NCBI GenBank assembly: GCA_038087875.1
Contig: JAXLNO010003607.1
Location: forward strand, 1 to 64,000
Reading direction: 5' to 3'
Origin: Malacoraja senta
Taxonomy: Eukaryota
Length of the DNA stretch: 64,000 nt
Shown here piece by piece: positions 26,113 to 37,109 of the stretch; the first letter of the stretch is position 1, and each line of letters begins with the position of its first letter. The notes beneath the pieces were generated by a model that made no database searches, was not told the DNA's origin, and saw nothing but the letters and a program-made list of their open reading frames with translations. Position numbers and translations under genes: made by a program.

Positions 26113-26419
26113 GACTAGAATGGAGTCCTGAAGGGCCATGATTCAAAACATCATCTGTCCATTCCCTCCACATATGTTGCCTGACCCGCTGAGTTCCTCC
26201 AGCTGTTTTTCTTCTGACCGATGAGATTGAGCCTCGATGATCTGTTTCGGAGCCACAAAAAGTTGTTCCTCAACAGCTGCTCCACATGTGGAAGTTTGCT
26301 TCAAACTTGGAGAAAGATTGGCCTTCTTGCAAAGGCTTTTGATTCTGTCCCCAGACGTGGCTCTACCAGGTATTGGAGATGATTGGATGTCCACCACGTC
26401 TTCTAAACCTCACTCAGTC

Positions 26420-26497
26420 CTTCCACAAGAACATGCATCTACAGTGCAATTTGATGGCGCTACTTCGGACAGTTTCCCCATGAGTAGTGGAGTGAAT
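26420..26497 (+). mobile_element. RTE-clade LINE RT fragment; continues at 32050-32190
   Basis: TVQFDGATSDSFPMSSGV|KEGCVPAP...EGAYLHTRSD.NLF.LA.LKAKTKV; the GVKQG motif is split by CR1 insertions. Confidence 0.75.
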
Positions 26498-29400
26498 TGG
26501 GAGTATAAAGATAGAGTTAAAGGGAAAGCAAGTACCGGAAAAGTTACAAAAGACTCCCGACTTAATGGGAAGGAAAGTTTGAGAAGGGATAAGAGAGTAA
26601 GGTCAGAGCCAATAGTGACCGGTGTGAGAGGGGAGATGAATACCGAAGTTAAAGTGTTCTATATTAATGCACGAAATATAAGAAACAAAGTGGACGAGCT
26701 TGAGGCTCAGTTAGAAATTGGCAAGTATGATGTGGGAACAACAGAGACATGGCTGCAAAAGGAGCAGGGCTGGGAACTGAATATTCAAGGGTATAGGTCC
26801 TATCAAAAAGACAGGCAGAGGGGTTGGGGTAGCTCTGTTGCTGAGGAATGAAATTCAGTCCCTTGCGAGGGGTGACATAGAATCAGGAGATGTAGTCAGT
26901 ATGGATAGAACTGAAGAATTGTAAGGGTAAAAATACCCTAATGGGACTTATCTGCAGGCCCCCTTGGATATAGGGTGCAAATTGAATCAAGAGTTAAAAT
27001 TGCCATGTCATAAAGGTAATACTATGTTATGGGAGATTTCAACATGCAGGTAGACTGGGAAAATCAGGTTGGTACTGGACCCCAAGAAAGGGAGTTTGTG
27101 GAGTGCCTCCGTGATGGATTCTTAGAGCAGCTTGTATTGGAGCCTACCAGGGAGAAGGCAATTCTGGATTTAGTGTTGTATAATGAACCGGATTTGATAA
27201 GGGAACTCAAGGTAAAGGAGCCATTAGGAGGTAGTGACAATAATATGATCAGTTTTAATCTACAAGTTGAGAGGGAGAAGGGTAAATCGGAGGTGTCAGT
27301 ATTACAGTTGAATAAAGGGGACTATGGAGCCATGAGGGAGGAGCTGGCCAAAGTTGACTGGAAAGATACCCAAGCAGGGATGACAGTGGAACAACAATGG
27401 CAGGTATTTCTGCGAATAATATAGGTGCAGGAGCAGTTCATTCCAAATATGAAGAAAGATTCCAAAGGGAGTAAGGGGCGACCGTGGCTGACAAGGGAAG
27501 TCAGGAACATTATAAAAATAAAATAGGTATAACATAGCAAAGATGAGTGGGAAGCCATAGGATTGGTTAACGTTTAAAGAGCAACAGAAGATAACTAAAA
27601 AGGCAATACGGGGAGAAAAGATGAGGTATGAAAGTAAGCTAGCCAAGAATAGAAAGGATGATAGTAAAAGCTTCTTTAGGAATGTGAAGAGGAAGAAAAT
27701 AGTTAAGACCAAAGTTGGACCCTTGAAGACTGAAAAGGGTGAATTTATTATGGGCAACAAGGAAATGGCAGATGAGTTGAACAGGTACTTTGGATCCGTC
27801 TTCACTAAGGAAGACACAAACAATCTTCCTGAAGTACTAGTGGCCAGAGGATCTAGGGCGACTGTGGAACTGAAGGAAATCCACATTAGGCAGGAAATGG
27901 TGTTGGATAGACTGATGGGAATGAAGGCTGATAAATCCCCAGGCCTGATGGTCTGTATCCCAGGGTACTTAAGGAAGTGGCTCTAGAAATTGTGGATGCA
28001 TCGGTGATAATTTTCCAATGTTCTATAGATTCAGGATCAGCTCCTGTGGATTGGAGGGTAGCTAATGTTATCCCAATTTTTAAGAAAGACGGGAGAAAGA
28101 AAACGGAATTATAGACCAGTTAGCCTGACATCGGTGGTGGGGAAGATGCTGGAGTCAATTATAAAAAGATGAAATAGCGGCACATTTGGATAGCAGTACA
28201 GGGCCTGTCCCACTTTGCGATTTTTTTTGGCGACTGCGAGCGTCAATGACTGACGCCCGTAAAACCGTCAAGTTGTACAACATACACACTGACGTATGCT
28301 GTCCTGTGGGTGATGCCCGGTTAGGGTTAGGGACCACAGATGGGCTATAAAATATTCTTCCTTCAATGCATGATTTTAAACATTAATATATTAAAATTAA
28401 TGCAATATAATCAATTGTGCAAATGAAAAGATGCCTGAGTCGTTCAGTTTTATTTACAGATGTATTGGTCCGCTTACAGAGCCAATCACCTTCTCTAACT
28501 ATTCATAGGGATGGATTCAGTGAGTGTAGACTGAACTCCCCTCTCCATTCCACCCCCATCTTCCCCCTCCCGCTCTCTCCCTCCTTGTCTACTACCCCCC
28601 CTACCCTTCTCCCCTCTCCCCCCTTCTTTCCTTCCCCCCTCTTCCTCCCTTCTCCCCGCTCCACTCTCTCCCCTTCTTCCCTCCCCCCCTCTTCCTCCCT
28701 TCTCCCCACTCCACTCTCTCCCCCTTCTCCCCTCACATCCCCATCTCCCTCCCTTCTCCCATTCTCCAACCCCCCTCCCCCCCAGGTTCCCCGATGCCCC
28801 CCATTTGTGGACCCAGCCTGCGACCAGCGAATACCCGCATACTATCCCACACATGCTAGGGACAATTTATACAAACCGTAACCCTAGCCATAACTCTTAA
28901 CTCTAACTCTAACCATAACCCTAACCCCAGCCCTAACGCTAACCCTAACTCTAGGTTAATAGGCTTGGTATACATATAAATTGTCCCAAGCATGTGTGGG
29001 ATAGTATGCGGGGGATCGCTGGTCGGTGCGGACTTGATGGTCCGAAAGGCACTGTATCTCTGAACTAAATGTGATACAGGGGCCCCAGGGATTGGACTCA
29101 AACCCCCAATGTTCTGCCTGCTCATGGGAACTAAACTGTTGACCACGAGTTGTCCCAGAGGCAGATCTCTCTTCCAATGGTCTCTCCAAACCTCCAGAGG
29201 CAGTGGGCTTTTCAACTGGGTACAGGCAATGTTGTCAATGTACCAGTGCCACCCACCTGCTCCCGCCACTGGGTCTAAATACCCACCACCCATTTTGAAG
29301 CAAGGTGAGGGGGCGGGGAGGTGGGGGGTTGTTACCAAAGTCTGCATTTATCCCATAGTCAATGTCACTAAAACAGATGATGTGGCCTTTGCTGGGGGGG

Positions 29401-30757
29401 GGGGGGGGCGGTTGGAGAATGGGAGAAGGGAGGGAGAGGGGAGAAGGGTAGGGGGGTGGTTAGTGAAGAAGGAGGGATGGTGCAGGAGGGGGGAGAGGAT
29501 AGTTCAGTCTTCACTCACTGAATCCATCCTTGTGAAAAGTTAGAGATGGTGATTGGATCTGGAAGCCGACCAATACATCTGTAAATAAAACTGAACGACT
29601 CAGGCATCTTTTCATTTGCACAATTGATTTCATTGTATCAATTTTAATATATTAATATTTAAAACCCATGCATTGATGGAAGAATATTATACAGCCCATC
29701 TGTGGTCCCTAACCCTAACCAGCGTCACCCGCAGGACAGCAAACGTCAGCGTGTGACAGGGCGCACGATGTGATGAGACACCCAGAGACATTCCAAAATC
29801 CAGGGGCGACAGTGAGACACCGCGTCACTACATGCATCACACCAAGTCACGACCCAACCACGAAGCGACAACTTCTTTTCAGGCTGTCGCCCAAGTGGGA
29901 CTGGCCCTAAACAGGATCGGTCCGAGTACGGCATGGATTTACAAAGGGGAAATCATGCTTAACTAATCTTCGGGAATTGTTGAGGATGTAACTAAGAAAA
30001 TGGACAAGGGAGAGCCAGTGGATGTAGTGTACCTGGACTTTCACAAAGAATTCAATAAGGTCCCACATAGGAGATTAGTGGGCAAAATTAGGGCACATGG
30101 TTTTGGGGTAGAGTGCTGACATGGATACAAAATTGGTTGGCGGGCAGGAAACAAGGAGTAGGGATTAACGGGTCCCTTTCAGAATGGCAGGCAGTGACTA
30201 GTGGGGTACCGCAAGGCTTGGTGCTGGGACCGCAGCTATTTACAATATATTTATTAATGATTTAGGTGAAGGGATTACGTAACATTAGCAAATTTGCAGA
30301 TGACACAAAGCTGGGTGGCAGTGTGAACTGTGAGGAGGATACTATGAGACTGCAGGGTGACTTGGATAGGGGTGAATGGGCAGATGCATGGCAGATGCAG
30401 TTTAATGTGGATAAATGTGAGGTTATCCACTTTGGTAGCATAAACAGGAAGGCAGATTATTATCTGATTGGTGTCAGGTTGGGAAAAGGGGAAGTACAAC
30501 GGGATCTGGGGGTTCTTGTTCATCAGTCAATGAAACTAAGCGTGCAGGTACAGCCGGCAGTGAAGAAAGCGAATGGCATGTTGGCCTTTATAACAAGAGG
30601 AATCGAGTATAAGGAGCAAAGAGGTCCTTCTGCAGTTGTACAGAGCCCTAGTGTGACCACATCTGGAGTATTGTGTGCAGATTTGATCTCCAAATTGGAG
30701 GAAGGACATTCTTGCTATTGTGGGAGTGCAGCATAGGTTCACAAGGTTAATTCCCGG
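26498..30757 (+). mobile_element. Decayed CR1 LINE ORF2 (endonuclease through RT), interrupted at 28200-29908
   Basis: [31 protein letters not shown], with multiple stops and frameshifts. Confidence 0.9.
28200..29908. mobile_element. PIF/Harbinger-like non-autonomous element with long internal inverted repeats
   Basis: TIRs AGGGCCTGTCCCACTT and AAGTGGGACTGGCCCT (15/16 match). Flanks TAC and AAA fit a decayed TAA target in CR1 GATAGCAG-TAA-CAGGATC. Confidence 0.75.
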
Positions 30758-32050
30758 TTGCAGGGTGACCTGGACAGGTTGAGTGAGTGGGCAGATGCAG
30801 TATAATATAGATAAATGTGAGGATATCCACTTTGGCGGCAAAAACAAGGGGGCAGACTATTATCTCAATGGGGTTAGGTTAGGTAAGGGGGAGGTACAGC
30901 GAGACCTGGGTGTCCTTGTACACCAGTCACTGAAAGTTGGTGTGCAGGTACAGCAGGCAGTGAAGAAAGCTAATGGAATGTTGGCCTTCATAACAAGAGG
31001 ATTTCAGTATAGGAGTAAAGAGGTTCTTCTGCAGTTGTATAGGGCTCTGGTGAGACCACATCTGGAGTATTGTGTACAGTTTTGGTCTCCTAATTTGAGG
31101 AAGAACATCCTTGTGATTGAGGCAGTGGAGCGTAGGTTCGCGAGATTGATCCCTGGGATGGCGGGACTGTCATATGAGGAAAGATTGAAAAGACTAGGCT
31201 TGTATTCACTGGAGTTTAGGATGAGGGGGGATCTTATAGAAACATATAAAATTATAAAAGGACTGGACAAGCTAGATGCAGGAAAAATGTTCCCAATGTT
31301 GGGCGAGTCCAGAACCAGGGGCCACAGTCTTAGAATAAAGGGGAGGTCATTTAAGACTGAGGTGAGAAAAAACGTTTTCACCCAGAGAGTTGTGAATTTA
31401 TGGAATTCCCTGCCACAGAGGGCAATGGAGGCCAAATCACTGGACGGATTTAAGAGAGAGTTAGATAGAGCTCTAGGGGCTAGTGGTATCAAGGGATATG
31501 GGGAGAAGGCAGGCACGGGTTATTGATAGGGGACGATCAGCCATGATCACAATGAATGGCGGTGCTGGCTCGAAGGGCCGAATGGCCTCCTCCTGCACCT
31601 ATTTTCTATGACGGGACCGTCATATGCTGAGAGAATGGAGTAACTGGGCTTGTATACTCTGGAATTTAGAAAGATGAGAGGGGATCATTGAAACATAAGA
31701 TTATTAAGGGTTTGGACACTCTAGAGACAGGAAACATATTCCCGATGTTGGGGGAGTCCAGAACCAGGGGCCACAGTTTAAGAATAAGGGGTAAGCCATT
31801 TAGAACAGAGATGGGGAAACACTTTTTCACACAGAGCGTTGTGAGTCTGTGGAATTCTCTGCCTCGGAGGGCGGTTCTCTGGATACATTCAAGAGAGAGC
31901 TAGATAAGGCTCTTAAAGATAGCGGAGTCAAGGCATATGGGGAGAAGGCAGGAACGGGGTACTGATTATGGATGATCAGCCATGATCACATTGAATGGCG
32001 GTGCTGGCTCAAAGGGCCGAATGGCCTACTCCTGCACCTATTGTCTATTG
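30758..32050 (+). mobile_element. Two stacked CR1 3' fragments (30758-31610 and 31611-32050)
   Basis: The ORF2 C-terminus (ORF 30783-31526) and the 3' UTR each occur twice. Confidence 0.85.
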
Positions 32051-32404
32051 AAGGAAGGTTGTGTCCCAGCTCCCATGCTTTGTCTTCACGACTGACACAG
32101 AAGGAGCGTATCTTCACACTAGAAGCGACAGGAACCTCTTCATTCTAGCAACGCTTAAAGCCAAGACCAAGGTAAGAACTGTGCTTATAAATGTCCAATG
32201 GTTCTTTATTAGACATATTTACCGAGCTAAAGTGAAATTCATTTCTGTATAAACTTAAATACATGTATCACCATACATAATCACTTTGACAAAACTTATA
32301 TAAGCATCTCGGATACGGTACAAGTGTGTAACAGTAGTAGGTTGAGATAGTAGACAGAGAGGCCAGGTTTGGTGCCATTTCTCAAGTCTCAGTTTGTAAG
32401 TGCA

Positions 32405-33140
32405 GGGTTCTTGTGTTGTTGTGTTGGCTGGGTGTGTGTGGGGGGGAGGGGGAGCGGGTGGGGGGGAGGGGGAGCGGAAGGGGGGAGGGAGTGCAGTGAG
32501 CATTGTTGAGCTGGAGAGGGGGAGGGAGGATGTGGGAGGGGGAGAAGGGGGTGCGGGGGTTGTGTAGGGGAGGGGGTTGTGTAGGGGAGGGGTGTGGGGG
32601 AGGGAGGTGTGTGTTGGCCAGATGTGTGTAGAGAGGGGGAGGGAGGGGGGCAGTGAGTGTTGTGGAGCTGGAGAGGGGTTGTGGTGGGTGAGGGTGAGGT
32701 GTGTGTGGGGGAGGGGGTGCAGTGGGAAAGAGGAGGGGGAGTGGGGGAGTGGGAGGGGGTGTGGGGGAGAGAGGATGTGGGAGGGGGAGAAGGGGGTGTG
32801 GGCAAGCGGTGTGTGTTGGGTGGTGGGTGGGTGGTGTGTGGGCGGGGGATAGGTGTGTGTGTTGGGGGGGAGGAGGGGTGTGTGGGCGGGTGTGTGTGGA
32901 GGGGATGGAGGGGGGCAGTGAGTGTTGTGGAGCCGGAGGGGGATTGTGGGTGAGGGTGAGGTGTGTGGGAGGGGGAGAAGGGGGTGTGGGCAAGGGGTGT
33001 GTGTGGACAGGGGAGGGGGTGCAGGGGGAGGGGGTGTGTGTGGGGGGTGGGCGGGAAGGGTGTTGTGTGGGTGGGCAGTGTGTTGGGGGAGGGGGTGCAG
33101 GGGGAGGGAGGGGTGTGTGTGGGGGAGGGGGAGGGGTGTA
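32405..33140. repeat. G/T-rich degenerate satellite
   Basis: Almost only G, T and A on the + strand (gggggagggg, gtgtgtgg), with internal near-duplicated blocks. Confidence 0.9.
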
Positions 33141-33269
33141 TTTCTTGCTGTAGATTAACAAGCTTGTAACTGCAACAACACAAAAAATCATTAATTTACA
33201 TTTCAGTAAATTGATACTCACGATACTACTGTAAACACGTCTAATGCAACCAAAGACTCAGTCCATAGT

Positions 33270-34500
33270 TCTCAGTTCATAGATGTGGTTTGTGTCGGGC
33301 AGTGTTCAAGAGCCTGATGATTGCTGGGATCAAGCTGTTCCTGAACCTGGAGGTCACGTTTTTTGGGCTTCTGAACAAAATAATGGGAGCTTAGTGCAAT
33401 AACACACAGATAACTAATAAAATAAAAATACAGGAAATTAATAATTGAATGCTAGTGTAAAAAATATCTGTCGGGCAGCAAAAGACGCAGTCCATAATAT
33501 CTCATCGTTGTGGTTCATGTTGTGCAGCGTTCGAGAGGCTTGTAATTGCTGGGAAGAAGCTGCTCTTAAACATGGAGGTCAAGTTCTCTGCTTCTGTGGG
33601 GTTTTCTGTGGTAGGGTGGTGTGGGTCTTTGATATTAGCTGCCTTCTGCAGGTAGCATCTCCTGCAGAGCCCTTTGATGGTGAAGAGATCATCACCTGTG
33701 ACGGACTGAGCCGTTTCTGCGTAACACACGCGTAACACCAACATCGTCACACTGTACAAGAACAAGGGAATGCACCAACTACTGTTCTATTTAATTATTT
33801 AATTGTCATATGTACAGGCAACAGAACCGTTAAATTATTTCTTGCTGTAGATTAACAAACCTGTAATTGCAACAACACAAAAATGCATTAATCAAAATGT
33901 CAGTAAATTAATCGTCTTGATACCAGTGTAAATATTGTCTGTAAAGCAACTTAAGCCTCAGTCTGTAGTTCTTCATTGTTCATAGTTGTGGTTAGTGTTG
34001 GGCAATGCTTACGAGCCTGATGGTTGCTGGGAAGAAGCTGCTCCTGAACCAGGAGGTTATGTTTTTTAAGGTACAGAACCTTGTTGCAAATGGTAGGACT
34101 GAAATATCGAGAGTGTGGTCAGGATGGTGTGGGTCTTTGACATTAGCTACCTTTTGGATGCAGCATCTCCTGTAGATCGCTTTGATGGTGGGGAGATCAT
34201 TACCTGTGATGCACTGAGCAGTTTCTACCACTCTGTATTCTTCTTCATTCCTGGGAGTTTGAATTGCTGAACCAGGCTGCAGTGCAACCAGTCAGTGTGC
34301 TCTCTCCCATACAACTGTCCAAGTTCAACAGAGTATTCATCAACATGCCGAATCTCCTCAATCTTCTGAACAAGTAGAGGTGATGATGAGTCTTGTATGT
34401 GATTGCATTGATGTGCTGGACCCAGGACAGATCTTCAGAGACATGGACAACCAGGAACTTGCAACATAACATTCTCCACCACTGCCCCATGAATGAAGAC
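33270..34500 (-). mobile_element. Rex1/Babar-like LINE remnants; duplicated at about 37110-37980
   Basis: KFLVVHVSEDLSW..HINAI..K.H..LY.FRRLRRFG, ESTLTGC..AWF and RSSFFPATIRL. Confidence 0.7.
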
Positions 34501-34560
34501 AAGTTTGTGGATCATCGGTTTTCCCCTCCTGAGGTGATCGACCTCTGCCATGTTTCCTGT

Positions 34561-34750
34561 GATTGACCAGATGACAATATCTGATGAGATGGCCATGGAC
34601 CAGGGCTGGCACGCAGAAGCTTTATCACACCTGACCCTGCTGTGTTCCTGAGGAAGATCTGGTGTCACTGGGAATATGGAGCTGATCCTCTATAAACTGC
34701 CCTCAATGGAAGACCATGATGAAGGTGCATCTATAGAGCTCGGCTGTCAG
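34561..34750 (+). pseudogene. Histone H3 fragment (module B); copies at 36127, 38037, 39600 and 41630
   Basis: GTQK.HHT*P, VFLRKIWCH, ELILYKLP and *SSAV match GVKKPHRYRP, VALREIRRY, ELLIRKLP and QSSAV. R to W/C changes fit CpG decay. Confidence 0.75.
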
Positions 34751-34864
34751 CGAAGTTGGAACAGAAATCTGCTGGAGCAACTCAGTGGGTCAGGCAACAT
34801 CTGTGGAGGGAATGGACAGACGATGTTTGAATCCGGACCCACCAAGACTCCATTCTTGTCTCCA

Positions 34865-35520
34865 TTTACCAGGTTGGATTATGATGGCATGAAATGGCCA
34901 AGATTGATGATCACTGTGGACTGGAGTGACAGATGACTGAAGATCCTGAAGACCCAATCTTGCTCCACGGTCTGCGACCTTCCACACCTGGAACTGGAGA
35001 AGTTGTTGAGGAACAACTTGGTGGGATTTCTTGTGGCCCTGGATCTACTCCAGATTGTTTGAAGGGACAAATGTGACAGATGTCTGAGTGCCAGCGATTG
35101 GCCGAGGACGGGCCCTCGGTGGGTGCCGGAGGTCGGTCGAGTATGTGGCGCCGAGAGAACATGGCATCTGGGGAGGGAATGGGCAGATGACGTTTGGATC
35201 AGGATCCTTCAAGACTCCATTCTTGTCTCCATTTACCAGGTCACTTTCTGACGACATGAAATGGGCAAGTTTAATGATCACAGTGGACTTGAATGACTGA
35301 ACCTTGAAGATCCCAAAGGCCAATCTTACTCAACGTTCTACGCGACCTTCCACACCTGGCATTGTTGAGGAACAACTTGGTGGGACATCTTGTCGCCCCG
35401 GATATCCTCCAGACAGTGTGAAGGGGAACATCTGCTGACTGATGAGGTCGTCAGCTGTTTGCGAGGAACTTTCTCGCCGAAGACTTGCATGAAAATGCCA
35501 CTGGGGCAGATGATGAGTCA
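34865..35520 (-). pseudogene. Two antisense H3 pseudogene fragments (34865-35055, 35230-35520); duplicated at +3476
   Basis: Same module as 25085-25385; minus strand EKVPRKQLTT near 35480-35450. Confidence 0.75.
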
Positions 35521-35609
35521 GAGCTGGACGAGTTAGACATATTTCTTAAACGGCGTGGATTCTCCCGTGCAACCTCAACAGGGATTGGATAGCACGCAAC
35601 AGAAGCGAT

Positions 35610-35732
35610 GTCAGGAACCCGAGTGCCGTTCGTGGAAAACCATCGGATATGAAGCCACATCGGTGAGGACCGCACCGGAATTTCTCACTCCGTCCAACAA
35701 AGGCCCTTTTAAGAGCCACTAGAAAAAGAGCT
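35610..35732 (+). promoter_or_regulatory. H3 C-terminal remnant followed by a histone mRNA 3' stem-loop and U7 downstream element
   Basis: NPSAVRGK/PSDM resembles NLCAIHAK/PKDI. Then AAA-GGCCCT-TTTA-AGAGCC-ACT (35702-35717, one C-A mismatch) and AAAAAGAGCT (35723-35732). Confidence 0.85.
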
Positions 35733-35869
35733 ACAACCTCTTCCCCACCTGCGCTCTCATCTGCATTTGAGATTTCATCGTCAACATTTCCCAGTACAAC
35801 TGGCAGCGATCAGTTGCACGGAGGAATCCACGCCTTTTAAGAAATTTGTCAAACACATCTGGCTCTGAC

Positions 35870-36120
35870 TCATCATCTGCCCCAGTAGCATTTTCCTGCA
35901 CGTCTTCAGAGGGAAAGGTCCTCACAAATAGCTGGCGACCACATCAGACGGCAGAAGTTTAATGTTTTCCACTTCATACCTTCTGGAGGAGATCCAGGCC
36001 CACAAGAGGTCCCACCAAGTTGTTCCTCAAAAGCTTCTCAAGCGCCAGGTGTGGAAGGTCATGGAGAACTTGGAGTAAGATGCCATTCAAGTCCACGGTG
36101 ATCATCGACCTCCGCCACGT
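35870..36120 (+). pseudogene. Histone H3 pseudogene, right arm of inverted repeat 2; duplicated at 39346-39596
   Basis: GKGPHK*LATT, LEEIQ, TKLFLK, KRQVWKV and FKSTVIIDL. Confidence 0.75.
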
Positions 36121-36399
36121 TCCTGAGATTGACCAGATGACAATATCTGATGAGATGGCCATGGACCAGGGCTGGCACGCAGAAGCTTTATCACACCTGA
36201 CCCTGCTGTGTTCCTGAGGAAGATCTGGTGTCACTGGGAATATGGAGCTGATCCTCTATAAACTGCCCTCAATGGAAGACCATGATGAAGGTGCATCTAT
36301 AGAGCTCGGCTGTCAGCGAAGTTGGAACAGAAATCTGCTGGAGCAACTCAGTGGGTCAGGCAACATCTGTGGAGGGAATGGACAGACGATGTTTGCAAT

Positions 36400-36540
36400 C
36401 GGCACGGAGCCGGTCAAGACCAGACTCGGCCGGCGGTGACCGCAAACAAGGAAGAGCCCGGCAGCCAAAGTGTCTGCGGAGAACGAGGGTCAAAGACGGG
36501 CCCGCGGTGGGTGCCGGAGGTCGGTCGAGGACGTGCTGCC
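36400..36540 (+). pseudogene. Possible histone H2A fragment; copies at 39745-39890 and 42330-42435
   Basis: VKTRLGR and QGRAR...LRR....PAVGAGG resemble AKTRSSR and VGRVH..LRK....ERVGAGA. CpG-rich; weak match by eye. Confidence 0.4.
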
Positions 36541-36689
36541 GAGAAGGAAGAGGGACCATCAGGGACCACATTGGTCACTCATCACCCCAACAGAAGAAGG
36601 ACTTCAGGGGCTGATGGACAGACTGTCTCAAGCTCGCAACAAAGACCGACTGACAATCATCAGAGAGACGGTGGTGTCCCTCAACACAT

Positions 36690-37109
36690 GTGTAACACCA
36701 ACATCGTCACACTGCACAAGGACAAGGGAGATCACAGCAAGTGCACCAACTACAAGGGACATCTCACTTCTGAGTGTTACAGGAAAGGCCTTTGCCAGAG
36801 TGATCCTACAAAGACTGCACAGACTCGCTGACCTGAGGCACAATGCGGTTTCCATGGAGATAGATCCACAATGGACATGATCTTCTCCCTGCGTCAAATC
36901 CAAGAAAAATGTCAAGAGCAGCAAACCCCATTGTTCATCGCCTTTGTGGATGTTACGAAAGCTTTTGATTCTGTCAGCAGACATGGCCTCTACCACCTAC
37001 TGGAGAAGATTAGATGTCCACCACGTCTTCTAAACCTCTCTTGGTCCTTCCATGAGAACATGCATCTACAGTAGTGGAAATTGATGAAGCTACATCGGAT
37101 AGTTTCCAC
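36690..37109 (+). mobile_element. RTE-clade LINE RT remnant; longer copy at 40035-40985 and a piece at 42505-42800
   Basis: IVTLHKDKGD....NY, ISLLSVTGKAFARV, DMIFSLRQIQEKC.EQ..PLFIAFVDVTKAFD and ADDAAL. Confidence 0.85.

Noticed and set aside
28878-28952. True telomere or chromosome fusion site
   Set aside because: Short, degenerate and embedded within a transposon.
32382-33221. Long Pro/His-rich and Gly/Val-rich ORFs
   Set aside because: By-products of a G-rich satellite that lacks stops in several frames.
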